From the NCBI GenBank assembly GCA_048270185.1, contig JBLWTJ010000001.1, positions 1,312,001-1,376,000 on the forward strand: a DNA stretch of 64,000 bases. The letters are read 5' to 3'. Numbering within the stretch: position 1 is the first letter of the stretch; each line of letters starts with the position of its first letter. The notes below the pieces were generated by a model. It saw nothing but the letters and a program-made list of their open reading frames with translations. It did no database searches and had not been told where the DNA came from. Below are positions 27,906-37,407 of this stretch, piece by piece. The translations under genes and the position numbers were made by a program. This stretch comes from Bacteriovoracaceae bacterium (GTDB taxonomy: Bacteria > Bdellovibrionota > Bacteriovoracia > Bacteriovoracales > Bacteriovoracaceae).

Positions 27906-29048
27906 ATGTGGTATTTCACTGAAGAAGAAAAACAAATCCAAAAAATGTGTCGCGACTTCGCTAGACAAGAATTAGCACCAGTTGCAGAAAAGCATGACAC
28001 AGATGAAACATTCAACATGGATGCCTTCAAAAAAATGGGTGAAATTGGAGTTCTTGGAATTACTGCAGACCCTGAATATGGCGGAGCTGGAATGGGTGCT
28101 CTTGCTGCAACAATTGTCATGGAAGAATTTGGTAAAGCTTGTGCTTCTTCAACTCTTTCATACCTTGCTCACTCAATTCTTTGTGTGAACAATATCGAAA
28201 ACAACGCTTCAAAAGAACAAAAAGAAAAATATCTTCCAAAGCTTATCACTGGTGAGCACATCGGTTGTATGGGTATGTCTGAGCCAGAATACGGATCGGA
28301 TGCAGTAGGTATTCAAACAAAAGCAGAAAAGAAAGACGACCACTATCTTCTAAATGGTACGAAGATGTGGATCACAAATGCTCAGTATGCAGATATCGCT
28401 TACGTTTACACAAGAACAGGAAAAGAGAGAAAGAACCTTTCAACTTTCATTCTTGAAAAAGACAAGGGACACTTCGACTTTGGTAGCCCAATCCACAAAA
28501 TGGGTATGCGTGCATCACCTACTGGTGAGCTAATCTTTGACAACGCTAAAGTTGGTCTTGAGCAACTTGTTGGTAACGAAGGTGACTCAATTTATCACAT
28601 GATGAAAAACCTTGAGATCGAAAGAATCACGATCGCAGGTATCTCACTTGGTATCGCACAAGCTTGTGTTGATCAGTGTATTAAATATGCTAACGAAAGA
28701 TCACAATTTGGAAAAAATATTGGTGAATACCAAATGATCCAAAAAATGATCGCAGAGATGGCAACTGAAACTGAAATGATGAGAAACTTCCTCTACAACG
28801 TAGCTTACCGTTACGATCAAGGAGAGAAGGGGCCAGTTGTAGCAGCTCAAGTTAAGCTAGCTATTCCAAAGATGGCAACAAAAATTGCACTTGATGCTAT
28901 CCAACTTCACGGTGGATATGGTTACTCAAGAGAGTTCCCAGTTGAGCGCATGATGAGAGATAATAAACTTAATGAAATTGGTGCTGGTACTAATGAGGTA
29001 ATGATTATGATCATTGCTAAGAATCTACTTAAGGCAGCACAGGCATAG
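27906..29048 (+). CDS. Acyl-CoA dehydrogenase, isovaleryl-CoA dehydrogenase-like
   Basis: GMSEPEYGSDA, NGTKMWITN, KMGMRASPTGELIF, GGYGY and EIGAGTNE. Confidence 0.92.
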   Translation: MWYFTEEEKQIQKMCRDFARQELAPVAEKHDTDETFNMDAFKKMGEIGVLGITADPEYGGAGMGALAATIVMEEFGKACASSTLSYLAHSILCVNNIENNASKEQKEKYLPKLITGEHIGCMGMSEPEYGSDAVGIQTKAEKKDDHYLLNGTKMWITNAQYADIAYVYTRTGKERKNLSTFILEKDKGHFDFGSPIHKMGMRASPTGELIFDNAKVGLEQLVGNEGDSIYHMMKNLEIERITIAGISLGIAQACVDQCIKYANERSQFGKNIGEYQMIQKMIAEMATETEMMRNFLYNVAYRYDQGEKGPVVAAQVKLAIPKMATKIALDAIQLHGGYGYSREFPVERMMRDNKLNEIGAGTNEVMIMIIAKNLLKAAQA

Positions 29049-29188
29049 ATGGTCTCCGCCCATGCATCGCTGACGTTGCGACGTCGCGATTGCACAACGG
29101 TAAAGCTGCTCGTCATAATGCTCTCGCATGATGACGCCCGCAGATTATGATCATTGCTAAGAATCTACTTAAGGCGGCGCAAGCTTAA
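29003..29188. repeat. 46-bp duplication of the gene 3' end (29003-29048 and 29143-29188) flanking a 94-bp GC-rich hairpin insert
   Basis: The first 33 bp are identical; the remaining 13 bp have 5 differences, all at third codon positions. Confidence 0.92.
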
Positions 29189-29890
29189 TTAAAGCTCAAG
29201 CCCGCCCGCTTTCCAATCACCTATACTTGATTCACGGTCAGCTTCATTCTTGCTGGCCGGAACTCTATTGAAATTCTTTTGAACAGGCGCCACAGGAGTG
29301 GAACCAAATTTAACTGTGTGGCGTGAAGAAGTTGGAGCTTCAACAGTTTTTACTTTATCAACTTCGGCCATCATTTTACGTCCCATACGATTAATTGTAT
29401 CTGTACTTGCACGGTTATGAGCATCAAGACGTTGTTGGTAGTTCTTCTCCATTGCTGCAAGTTTTTGCTTATATTCAAGCGCTGACATTTTCACTTTCTT
29501 CAAGTTTTCTAATTCAGTCGTCACCGCTGCAAGATCAGACTTACTCTTTTCAATAATGGCCTTAAGCGAATTGACGTGTGCGACTTTATGACCAAGTGTT
29601 TGCTTAGCGATATCTTGGATCTTCTTATCGGCCATGTACTTCATGCGCTCCATTTTTAACTTGTCGATCTCACTACCTAATTCAAGGTTTGCTTGAGAAA
29701 GAGATTCAATTTGCGCATTCTTTTTAAACTGACCAAAACCAAGCATCACTGCACAGGCAAGTAGAGCGATATTTGTTGCAGAAAAGATACTACTACTTCC
29801 CTTCTTAGATTTCTTGGCCTTTGATTTCTTCACTCTCTTAGAGTGAACGACGTTCTTGTGTTGTGGTCTAAATTCTTTTAGCGTTTCCAT
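29189..29890 (-). CDS. Single-TM coiled-coil hypothetical protein
   Basis: Basic N-terminus, one TM, coiled coil and an RVPAS motif. Confidence 0.7.
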   Translation of the reverse strand: METLKEFRPQHKNVVHSKRVKKSKAKKSKKGSSSIFSATNIALLACAVMLGFGQFKKNAQIESLSQANLELGSEIDKLKMERMKYMADKKIQDIAKQTLGHKVAHVNSLKAIIEKSKSDLAAVTTELENLKKVKMSALEYKQKLAAMEKNYQQRLDAHNRASTDTINRMGRKMMAEVDKVKTVEAPTSSRHTVKFGSTPVAPVQKNFNRVPASKNEADRESSIGDWKAGGLEL

Positions 29891-30016
29891 GTACTCATTA
29901 TATTTTGATTTGGGGTGAGAACTTAGCTCTTTTCTGGCGGCATACTGATTTCAGTACGTTAATGGAGATTTGAATGGTTAAGCCTATGCAATAATTCTGG
30001 GCACAAGACCCAGCTC

Positions 30017-30196
30017 TTAGTGTGAGCTGAAGTATCTGGCAAAGTCCTGAGCTAGTGGATAAAGAATTAAGTGCATGATAGTAATAACTGCCATCGAGGC
30101 TACGATGAGCATGTAAGGAAATGAATCAGTAAGCTCAACTTCCTCAACAGCTTCAACTTCGTCGGTCTGTGATAGGCGTAGGTCGTTGTGTTTCAT
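30017..30196 (-). CDS. Small membrane protein (59 aa), not in ORF track
   Basis: GAGGAGG RBS. Translation MKHNDLRLSQTDEVEAVEEVELTDSFPYMLIVASMAVITIMHLILYPLAQDFARYFSSH. Confidence 0.7.
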   Translation of the reverse strand: MKHNDLRLSQTDEVEAVEEVELTDSFPYMLIVASMAVITIMHLILYPLAQDFARYFSSH

Positions 30197-30423
30197 GTAA
30201 TCCTCCTCTTTTGCGATTGGGAGGGAATTTCACCCTTTCTATAATTGTAGCGCACATATTCATTAAATAAAACCTATCTAATTCATACATTATATAAACT
30301 ATTGTAATTACGTAGTAGAGACCGAGTAAATTTATAAAATTTAACCATTTAAGATTTCTTTGGTAATGTAGGTGGATTTTACAATTTACTAAGTTATACG
30401 CTTGCAATTTTAAGGGTTTATCT

Positions 30424-31557
30424 ATGAATGATATGCAAAAAGAGATCGTTGAAGGCCTAAGACGCTTTCGCCTGGAAAAAATCGAACCACATATGGAACA
30501 CGACGACTTTGAAGGAAAATTCCGCATGGAAATCTTCAATGAGTTAGGAGAGCTTGGCTTTACAGGGATGACTGTTTCAGAAGAGTACGGTGGATTAAAC
30601 CTTCCTGTTCAAGACTATAGTTATGCTCTTGAAGAAATCGCAAAATCTTCAGTTGCCTATGCTGTAACAATTTCTGTTTCTTCGATGGTGCAATCGATTC
30701 TTGATATCTTTGGAAATAAGGAACAAAAAGAAAAATACCTTCCAGCACTAACAAGCGGAGAGGCCATTGGTGCCTTCGCCCTTTCAGAATCAGGTTCTGG
30801 TTCAGATGCTGCTAGCCTATCAACAACTGCAAAAAAAGTTGATGGTGGTTATATTTTAAATGGTTCAAAACTTTGGATCACTTCAGGTGGAATTGCTAAG
30901 ACTTATGTTGTGATGGCAAGAACTGGAGGAGAAGGAGCAAAAGGCGTTTCAGCATTCATCGTTGAAGATGGAATGGAAGGATTCACTTATGGTAAGAAAG
31001 AGAGAAAGATGGGATGGAATATCTCGCCAACTCGCGAATTACTTTTTGAAAATTGTTTTGTTCCAGATGCCAACCTTCTACAAAATGAAGGAGAAGGTTT
31101 TAAAGTTGCCATGAGTGGACTTGATAAGGGACGTATTGCAATCGGTTCGATCTCTGTTGGCTGTGCCCAGCGTGCACTTGATGAAGCTATCAAGTATTCA
31201 CTTGAGAGAAAGCAATTCAAACAAGCAATCTTTGATTTTCAAGGGCTACAATTTATGATGGCCGATATGGCATGTGATGTTGAAGCTTCAAGGCTTCTCG
31301 TTCAAGCAGCAGCAAAGTCTCTTGATGATGGAAAGCCAAATCAAAAACTTGCTTCAATGGCAAAGATGAGAGCAAGTGATACGGCCATGAAAGTAACAAC
31401 TGATGCAGTTCAAATTCTTGGTGGTGTTGGTTATACAAAAGAATATCCTGTAGAGCGTTTCATGCGAGATGCAAAGGTTCTTCAGATTGTTGAAGGTACA
31501 AATCAAATCCAAAAAGTTGTTATCTCAAGACTTCTTAGAAAGGAGTATGAATCGTAA
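30424..31557 (+). CDS. Acyl-CoA dehydrogenase (short/branched-chain type)
   Basis: FALSESGSGSDAA, NGSKLWIT, GGVGY and IVEGTNQIQ. Confidence 0.92.
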   Translation: MNDMQKEIVEGLRRFRLEKIEPHMEHDDFEGKFRMEIFNELGELGFTGMTVSEEYGGLNLPVQDYSYALEEIAKSSVAYAVTISVSSMVQSILDIFGNKEQKEKYLPALTSGEAIGAFALSESGSGSDAASLSTTAKKVDGGYILNGSKLWITSGGIAKTYVVMARTGGEGAKGVSAFIVEDGMEGFTYGKKERKMGWNISPTRELLFENCFVPDANLLQNEGEGFKVAMSGLDKGRIAIGSISVGCAQRALDEAIKYSLERKQFKQAIFDFQGLQFMMADMACDVEASRLLVQAAAKSLDDGKPNQKLASMAKMRASDTAMKVTTDAVQILGGVGYTKEYPVERFMRDAKVLQIVEGTNQIQKVVISRLLRKEYES

Positions 31558-32783
31558 TGAAAATCGAAATTAGCTCTTTTATTAATGAGAATGACTTTTC
31601 AACTATAATTGATGAAAAGATTAACCAGTTTAAATCAAGTGAGCGCTATGAGTGCATCTCTAGACTAGCTGACTCTCACTATCAACAACAGTGTTTTGAT
31701 GTTCTTGAAAGATTCAATGCAAAGAAAACATTTGTGCAAATTGGAATTGGTGGAAGTTCACTAGGGCCTGAAATGCTTATCAGTGCTCTTGGACATAACT
31801 CACAGAGAAATTTCGTATTTTTAAATAATATTGATCCTGATGATACAAAGAATAAATTAGATAAGATTGATCTTAAAGAATCTCTTTTCTACGTTGTTTC
31901 TAAATCAGGAGGAACAGCTGAAACACTTGCTTCATTTGCTATCGTTGCAAATAAATTAAATCAAGCTGGTGTTAATGAAGAAAATTTAAAAGACTATTTT
32001 GTCTTTGCAAGTGATCCAACAACTTCAAGCCTTAGAGAGCTTGGAGATGAGTTAGGAATTACAACTTTAGATATCCCAACGAATGTTGGAGGACGCTTCA
32101 GTGTCCTAACTCCAGTTGGGCTTCTTCCTGCTCTCTTTGCAGGGATTGATATCAAAGCTTTATGTGCAGCTGGTTTTAACTTTGGTGAAAATCTACACAA
32201 CTCACAAAGCTTTAAAGATGTTTTAAAGACAATCCTAAGTCACAATGAAAATGGATATAATGAAACTGTATTCATGCCCTACTCTAGTCGCCTAAGAGAT
32301 CTATCTTTTTGGTTTATCCAACTTTGGGCAGAGAGCTTAGGAAAGAAGAATGCAAATGGTGAACGTGTCGGACTTACACCTATTCCATCTTATGGAGCAA
32401 CAGACCAACACTCACAAATGCAGCTTTTTATGGAAGGCCCACTTAATAAAGTAATGCTTCTAATAAATGTTAAAGAAAGTGACTGCGATTACAAATTAGA
32501 AAATAATTTCTCACACGCAAAACTTCAAAAGCTAAGTAACTTTTCACTTAAGAACCTAATGGACTCTGAATACTTTGGAACTCTAAAGGCACTTAAAGAA
32601 GAAAAAGTTCCTCATATCACTTTTGAAATTGAGAGAGTAAACGAAGAAAACTTAGCAAATTTGATCATTTTCTTCGAATACTTGACTGCTGTCACAGGTT
32701 TTTGCCTAAATATCGATCCATTTAATCAACCAGGAGTTGAGGCTGGGAAGATATATAGCTTTGAATGGCTTGATAACCTGTGA
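31557..32783 (+). CDS. pgi: Glucose-6-phosphate isomerase
   Basis: IGIGGSSLG, SKSGGTAET, VGGRFSVL, QLWAESLGK, DQHS and FNQPGVEAGK. Confidence 0.93.
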   Translation: MKIEISSFINENDFSTIIDEKINQFKSSERYECISRLADSHYQQQCFDVLERFNAKKTFVQIGIGGSSLGPEMLISALGHNSQRNFVFLNNIDPDDTKNKLDKIDLKESLFYVVSKSGGTAETLASFAIVANKLNQAGVNEENLKDYFVFASDPTTSSLRELGDELGITTLDIPTNVGGRFSVLTPVGLLPALFAGIDIKALCAAGFNFGENLHNSQSFKDVLKTILSHNENGYNETVFMPYSSRLRDLSFWFIQLWAESLGKKNANGERVGLTPIPSYGATDQHSQMQLFMEGPLNKVMLLINVKESDCDYKLENNFSHAKLQKLSNFSLKNLMDSEYFGTLKALKEEKVPHITFEIERVNEENLANLIIFFEYLTAVTGFCLNIDPFNQPGVEAGKIYSFEWLDNL

Positions 32784-32892
32784 AAATTACGAGTATTTGG
32801 TAGATAGCAATCTTTTCCAATCTTGATTAAAATCAAAGGGATAGTTAAAATCTACAAGGTAATTCAAATCGTAAAGTACTGAAAGGACAAAT

Positions 32893-33798
32893 ATGAGTGA
32901 TGACGCTACTCTAGTTTTAACTGACATTAAAGCAGCACTAGCTTCTGCTAACAAAGAAGCTGAAGACAAACCGGCCGCCCTACTTGTAGTTGGTGGTGAT
33001 TTAAACGGAACACTATTTGATTTAACTGTTGAAGAAGTGATTGTAGGACGAAGTGCTAAGTGTGATATCCCACTTGAATTTAATGGGATCTCAAGAGAAC
33101 ACTTTAAGCTAGTTACACACGGTGATGGATACGCAGTTGTTGATCTTGGATCAAGAAACGGAACATTCCTTAACAACGCCAAGGTTGAAGAAACTCAAGA
33201 GTTACAAAAAGGTGACATCATTAAGATGGGTGCTATTGCTCTTAAGTATCTACCAAAAGGTGATCCTGAAAGACTTACTTATGACAAATTACAACTTGAG
33301 GCCAACACTGATGGTTTAACAAGTTGTTATAATAAATCATACTTTAATAAGAAGTTAGATCTTGAAGTTAAGAAATCAAAAGTGACAGGCTCTCCCCTAT
33401 CTCTAATTGTTTTCGATCTAGACCACTTTAAGAAACTTAATGATAATTACGGACACGATGCTGGTGACTACGTTTTAAAAGAGCTAGCAGAAGTTATCCG
33501 TACTAATGGTATTAGAGAAAATGACACTTTCGCTCGCTACGGTGGAGAAGAGTTTGTTGTTCTCTTACCTAGCACAAATATTAAACAATCATATGAAATC
33601 GCTGAACGCTTAAGAAAAGCTGTTGAGATGCACGACTTCATTTACGACGATAATAAGTTACCTGTAACAGCATCGATTGGTGTTTCCGATTATAGACAAG
33701 GAGTTAATAACGGAACAGACCTATTTAAGAGGGCCGACTCTGCTGTATACAAATCCAAGGAAGGTGGGAGAAACCAGGTTAATTTCTATCGCGACTAG
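32893..33798 (+). CDS. dgcB: FHA-GGDEF diguanylate cyclase (DgcB-like)
   Basis: FHA domain (VGRS, ISREH, DLGSRNGT) and GGDEF domain (DLDHFKKLNDNYGH, RYGGEEF) with an RxxD I-site (REND). Confidence 0.85.
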   Translation: MSDDATLVLTDIKAALASANKEAEDKPAALLVVGGDLNGTLFDLTVEEVIVGRSAKCDIPLEFNGISREHFKLVTHGDGYAVVDLGSRNGTFLNNAKVEETQELQKGDIIKMGAIALKYLPKGDPERLTYDKLQLEANTDGLTSCYNKSYFNKKLDLEVKKSKVTGSPLSLIVFDLDHFKKLNDNYGHDAGDYVLKELAEVIRTNGIRENDTFARYGGEEFVVLLPSTNIKQSYEIAERLRKAVEMHDFIYDDNKLPVTASIGVSDYRQGVNNGTDLFKRADSAVYKSKEGGRNQVNFYRD

Positions 33799-33807
33799 TT
33801 CGAGATA

Positions 33808-35475
33808 ATGGAAATATTAGAGAATACACAAAACCGAATTAACCTACTTCCTGAACACTTAATTGATCAAATCAAGGCCGGTGAAGTCGTCGAAAGACCG
33901 GCCAATGTTCTTAAAGAATTACTTGAAAATTCAATTGATGCTAATGCATCTAAAATAAGAGTCACTATTTTAAATGGTGGACTCGACCTTATTGCTATTG
34001 AAGACGATGGTGATGGAATGTTCTTTGATGAACTACCCTACGCCTTTTGTCGTCACGCAACTTCTAAGATAAATAATTTTGAGGATATTTATAAGTTAAA
34101 TACTTTCGGCTTCCGCGGTGAGGCACTGGCTTCCATTTCAAGTGTGGCAAGAATCTCATGTCACTCGGCTCCTCGCTCTAACCCAGAAGCTGGAGCAAAG
34201 TTTGTTATTCACGGGGCACGCACTATTGAGCACTCAAAGTACTCAAGTCACAAGAGTGGAACTTCGACATATGTTAAAGACCTCTTCTTTAATACGCCTG
34301 TGCGTTTAAAGTTTGTGAAGTCAGGTCAAAGTGAAAAGAATGCCCTTAAGCGCGTACTGAATTCATTTCTTATCAACTACCCTCATGTGGAATTTAATAT
34401 TACATGGGATGATAGTGATCCGACGATCTACCGCGCTCAAAGTAATATTGAAAGCCGTATTCAAGAAGTCTTTAAAAAGAAATCGAGAAAGCATAAACCA
34501 GAGATTATTACCGCCGATGGTGGATATCTTGATAATAGCTGTCACATCTATATTTCAAAAGAGGCCTCGAAAGGTTATAGCGGTAAACAGCAATTTCTCT
34601 TCGTTAATAATAGACTCTTTACCGATAAGAAAATTCATCAAATTGTTATTCGCAATCTTGAAAAATTTTGGCCGATCACGATGACTGGTGATTATATCGT
34701 TCAACTTAAGGTTCCTGAAAATACTATTGATGTAAATGTGCACCCGAATAAAACGATTATTAAATTTCTTAAGGCCAATGAGATCTTCTCTCTTGTTAGT
34801 GCCACCACAAAGAAATTAATTAGCGATAACCAAGAGGCCATAGCCTCACAAGAGCTTGAGATGAATGAGAGCGAAGTAAGTTTTAACTCACTTGCTGATA
34901 CTCTCTTTAGTACAGGTGCAGGTCATGAAGTGATAAGTACTGGATTTAATCTCTCTCAATTTCAAAATGAAATCTCAAATAGCTCAGACCAATTTGGCCA
35001 AAGCTCTCTCTTTGGTGAAGTTCAAAGTGAATTAACTATCTCTCTTATTGGTGAAAATATCTTCTTGCTTAATCACGCTGATCGCGGAGCATACTTTGTA
35101 AACGCTGAAACGATTCTTGAGAAATTAATTGATCAAGTTGATATCGATAATATGACGCCACTATTGATCTCAGAGCCAATTTCACTGGTTTCAAGTGAAG
35201 GTGAAAAATTATCAGATTTTCTACAAGCAGGATTTGAAGTTGAAAGACTCGATCAATCAACTTGTGTTCTACGCTCAGTCTCTCACCTCTTTGAAGATCT
35301 ACCTTATGCAAAAATTTGCGAAAATATTTTAAATGATCGAGAACCTCTCGAAGAGATTCGTCTACAAGTATCGGAGATGAGAAAACTTCTCTCTCTTATT
35401 TCATTCTATGAACTTATCGATTTAAAAATTGCTAAGACCATTAGTCCTAAGAAAATAAAGAAGTTACTTAAATGA
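33808..35475 (+). CDS. mutL: DNA mismatch repair protein MutL
   Basis: AGEVVERP, KELLENSIDA, RHATSKI, GFRGEAL and DVNVHPNK. It precedes miaA. Confidence 0.92.
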   Translation: MEILENTQNRINLLPEHLIDQIKAGEVVERPANVLKELLENSIDANASKIRVTILNGGLDLIAIEDDGDGMFFDELPYAFCRHATSKINNFEDIYKLNTFGFRGEALASISSVARISCHSAPRSNPEAGAKFVIHGARTIEHSKYSSHKSGTSTYVKDLFFNTPVRLKFVKSGQSEKNALKRVLNSFLINYPHVEFNITWDDSDPTIYRAQSNIESRIQEVFKKKSRKHKPEIITADGGYLDNSCHIYISKEASKGYSGKQQFLFVNNRLFTDKKIHQIVIRNLEKFWPITMTGDYIVQLKVPENTIDVNVHPNKTIIKFLKANEIFSLVSATTKKLISDNQEAIASQELEMNESEVSFNSLADTLFSTGAGHEVISTGFNLSQFQNEISNSSDQFGQSSLFGEVQSELTISLIGENIFLLNHADRGAYFVNAETILEKLIDQVDIDNMTPLLISEPISLVSSEGEKLSDFLQAGFEVERLDQSTCVLRSVSHLFEDLPYAKICENILNDREPLEEIRLQVSEMRKLLSLISFYELIDLKIAKTISPKKIKKLLK

Positions 35476-36434
35476 TGAATAAGAAATTGATTCTACTTTT
35501 AGGGCCAACAGCTTCAGGAAAGACAGGACTTAGCATCGACTTTGCCAAACGCATTGGTATTGAAAAATGCCAAGTCATTAACTTTGATAGTGTACTCTTT
35601 TACAATGAACTAAATATTGGAAGTGCTAAGCCTGACGAGAAGGAAATGGATGGTGTACCACACCACTTAGTTAGTATCTCCCCTATTACACAAGAGCTCA
35701 ATGCTTCTGATTTTGTTGATCTTGCAAAAAGCAAAATTGATGAGTTACATGAAAAGAATATCGTACCAATTCTGGTTGGAGGAAGTGCCTTCTACCTTCG
35801 TAGCCTTCTGCGCGGAATGTATGAATCTGAAAGTACTGATCCAATGATTCAAGAAGAGGCCAAGAAACTCTACGAAGAGTTAGGAATGAAGCCGATTGTT
35901 GAATACCTCGCAATTCACGACCCTGAGTCTCTTGAAAATCTTCATGAAAATGATCACTACCGAAGAACTCGTGCTTATGAGTATCATCGCATGACAGGAA
36001 AGAAAATCTCCCTGCAAAAGAAACAGGCCGATGAAGTTGGTGCCTATGACTTTTCAAATAATATTCATGGATGGCAGACACTCAATATTTGTCTTGATAT
36101 CCCTAAAGAAGAACATTGGAAAATTATAAATAAACGTACGAAAGAGATGATTGCACAAGGCCTTATCGAGGAAGTAAAAGCAATTCTTCAAAATGAAGAG
36201 CATACAACTGATCTCAAGCCTCTTAAGACTATCGGTTACAAAGAAGTCATCCAATATATCGAAGGCGAAATAACAAGTATTGATGATCTAATTGAAAAGA
36301 TTTACTTTGCCACTCGAAGGTTGGCGAAGTCACAAAAGACATTCTTAAAGAAGGTTACTCCCCTTCATCGCCTCCACCCACTAACACAAAGAAATGAACT
36401 ATATAAGCTTGTCGATGACTTCATTAATGAATAA
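35472..36434 (+). CDS. miaA: tRNA dimethylallyltransferase
   Basis: GPTASGKT, IGSAKP, VPHHL, IGYKE and TRRLAKSQ. Confidence 0.95.
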   Translation: MMNKKLILLLGPTASGKTGLSIDFAKRIGIEKCQVINFDSVLFYNELNIGSAKPDEKEMDGVPHHLVSISPITQELNASDFVDLAKSKIDELHEKNIVPILVGGSAFYLRSLLRGMYESESTDPMIQEEAKKLYEELGMKPIVEYLAIHDPESLENLHENDHYRRTRAYEYHRMTGKKISLQKKQADEVGAYDFSNNIHGWQTLNICLDIPKEEHWKIINKRTKEMIAQGLIEEVKAILQNEEHTTDLKPLKTIGYKEVIQYIEGEITSIDDLIEKIYFATRRLAKSQKTFLKKVTPLHRLHPLTQRNELYKLVDDFINE

Positions 36435-36444
36435 AGTATAAAGT

Positions 36445-37296
36445 ATGAAAAAAATGAAAATTATTATTATATCGGATGGAACAGGATCAACGGCAAAAGC
36501 AATTAGTCGCGCGGCCATGACTCAATTTCCAGATAGCGAAGTCTTCTATACAGGATTTAAAAATGTTCGAACAAAAGAACAAATTAAATCAATTTTTGAT
36601 GAAGCTGCTATCCATCACGACTTAGTAATTTATACAATCGTATCAGCTGAACTTCGTGAGTATACAAAAGAAATTTCAATGCAAAAGCATGTACGCTCTC
36701 TTGATCTTATGGGGCCTGTTCTGACGACTTTTTCAAACTACTTCCACCAAGAACCAAAGAGTGAACCGGGACTATTACACGCTGTTAACTCAGAATATTT
36801 TGACCGCGTTGCTGCCATGGAATTTACTCTAAACCACGATGATGGACGAAATGTTGAAACACTCCACCTTGCAGATGTTATTTTGGTAGGAATTTCTCGT
36901 ACATCGAAAACTCCACTCTCAGTCTACCTTTCTCAACATGGGATCAAGGTTGTTAATATTCCAATTATCAACGGACAACACCTTCCAAAAGAACTCTTTG
37001 AAGTTGATCAAAGAAAGATTTTTGCTCTAACAATTGACCCAGAAGCACTCTACTCAATCCGTAAAAATCGCCTTAATAAATTAGGGGCCACTGAACACAC
37101 AGGTGATTATGCTGATACGAATAAAGTAATTGAGGAGCTCGAGTGGGCCAATGATATCTTTAGCAAGAATAAGAGATGGCCTGTTTTTGATGTGACCGAT
37201 CGCGCTCTTGAAGAGACGGCCACAGATATTATGAGACTACTCCAGATGCGTAAAAATAATATATTTAAGCAACTTATGAGTGAATCCGACGAGTAA
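36445..37296 (+). CDS. ppsR: PEP synthase/PPDK regulatory protein (kinase/pyrophosphorylase)
   Basis: ISDGTG, HDDG, GISRTSKTPLS and ALEETA. Confidence 0.88.
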   Translation: MKKMKIIIISDGTGSTAKAISRAAMTQFPDSEVFYTGFKNVRTKEQIKSIFDEAAIHHDLVIYTIVSAELREYTKEISMQKHVRSLDLMGPVLTTFSNYFHQEPKSEPGLLHAVNSEYFDRVAAMEFTLNHDDGRNVETLHLADVILVGISRTSKTPLSVYLSQHGIKVVNIPIINGQHLPKELFEVDQRKIFALTIDPEALYSIRKNRLNKLGATEHTGDYADTNKVIEELEWANDIFSKNKRWPVFDVTDRALEETATDIMRLLQMRKNNIFKQLMSESDE

Positions 37297-37355
37297 CCCC
37301 TGTAAGCGCCTAGAATTACAAGAAAGCTAATCTCTAAGAAAATAATCTTTTTACT

Positions 37356-37382
37356 TAATTAAATAACCCATCGAACCGATTA
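37356..37382 (+). promoter_or_regulatory. Putative sigma-28 promoter
   Basis: TAAT-N15-ACCGATTA upstream of the 37408/37420 gene. Confidence 0.4.
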
Positions 37383-37407
37383 AGTAATTAACATTATTAA
37401 TTTCACC

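Noticed and set aside
29049..29142. Self-splicing intron or tRNA remnant
   Set aside because: Too short, no group I/II consensus or cloverleaf seen, and it lies after the stop codon.
30153..30539. 128-aa minus-strand ORF in the track
   Set aside because: It overlaps the acyl-CoA dehydrogenase antisense and has no RBS or motif. The 59-aa ORF in another frame has the strong RBS.
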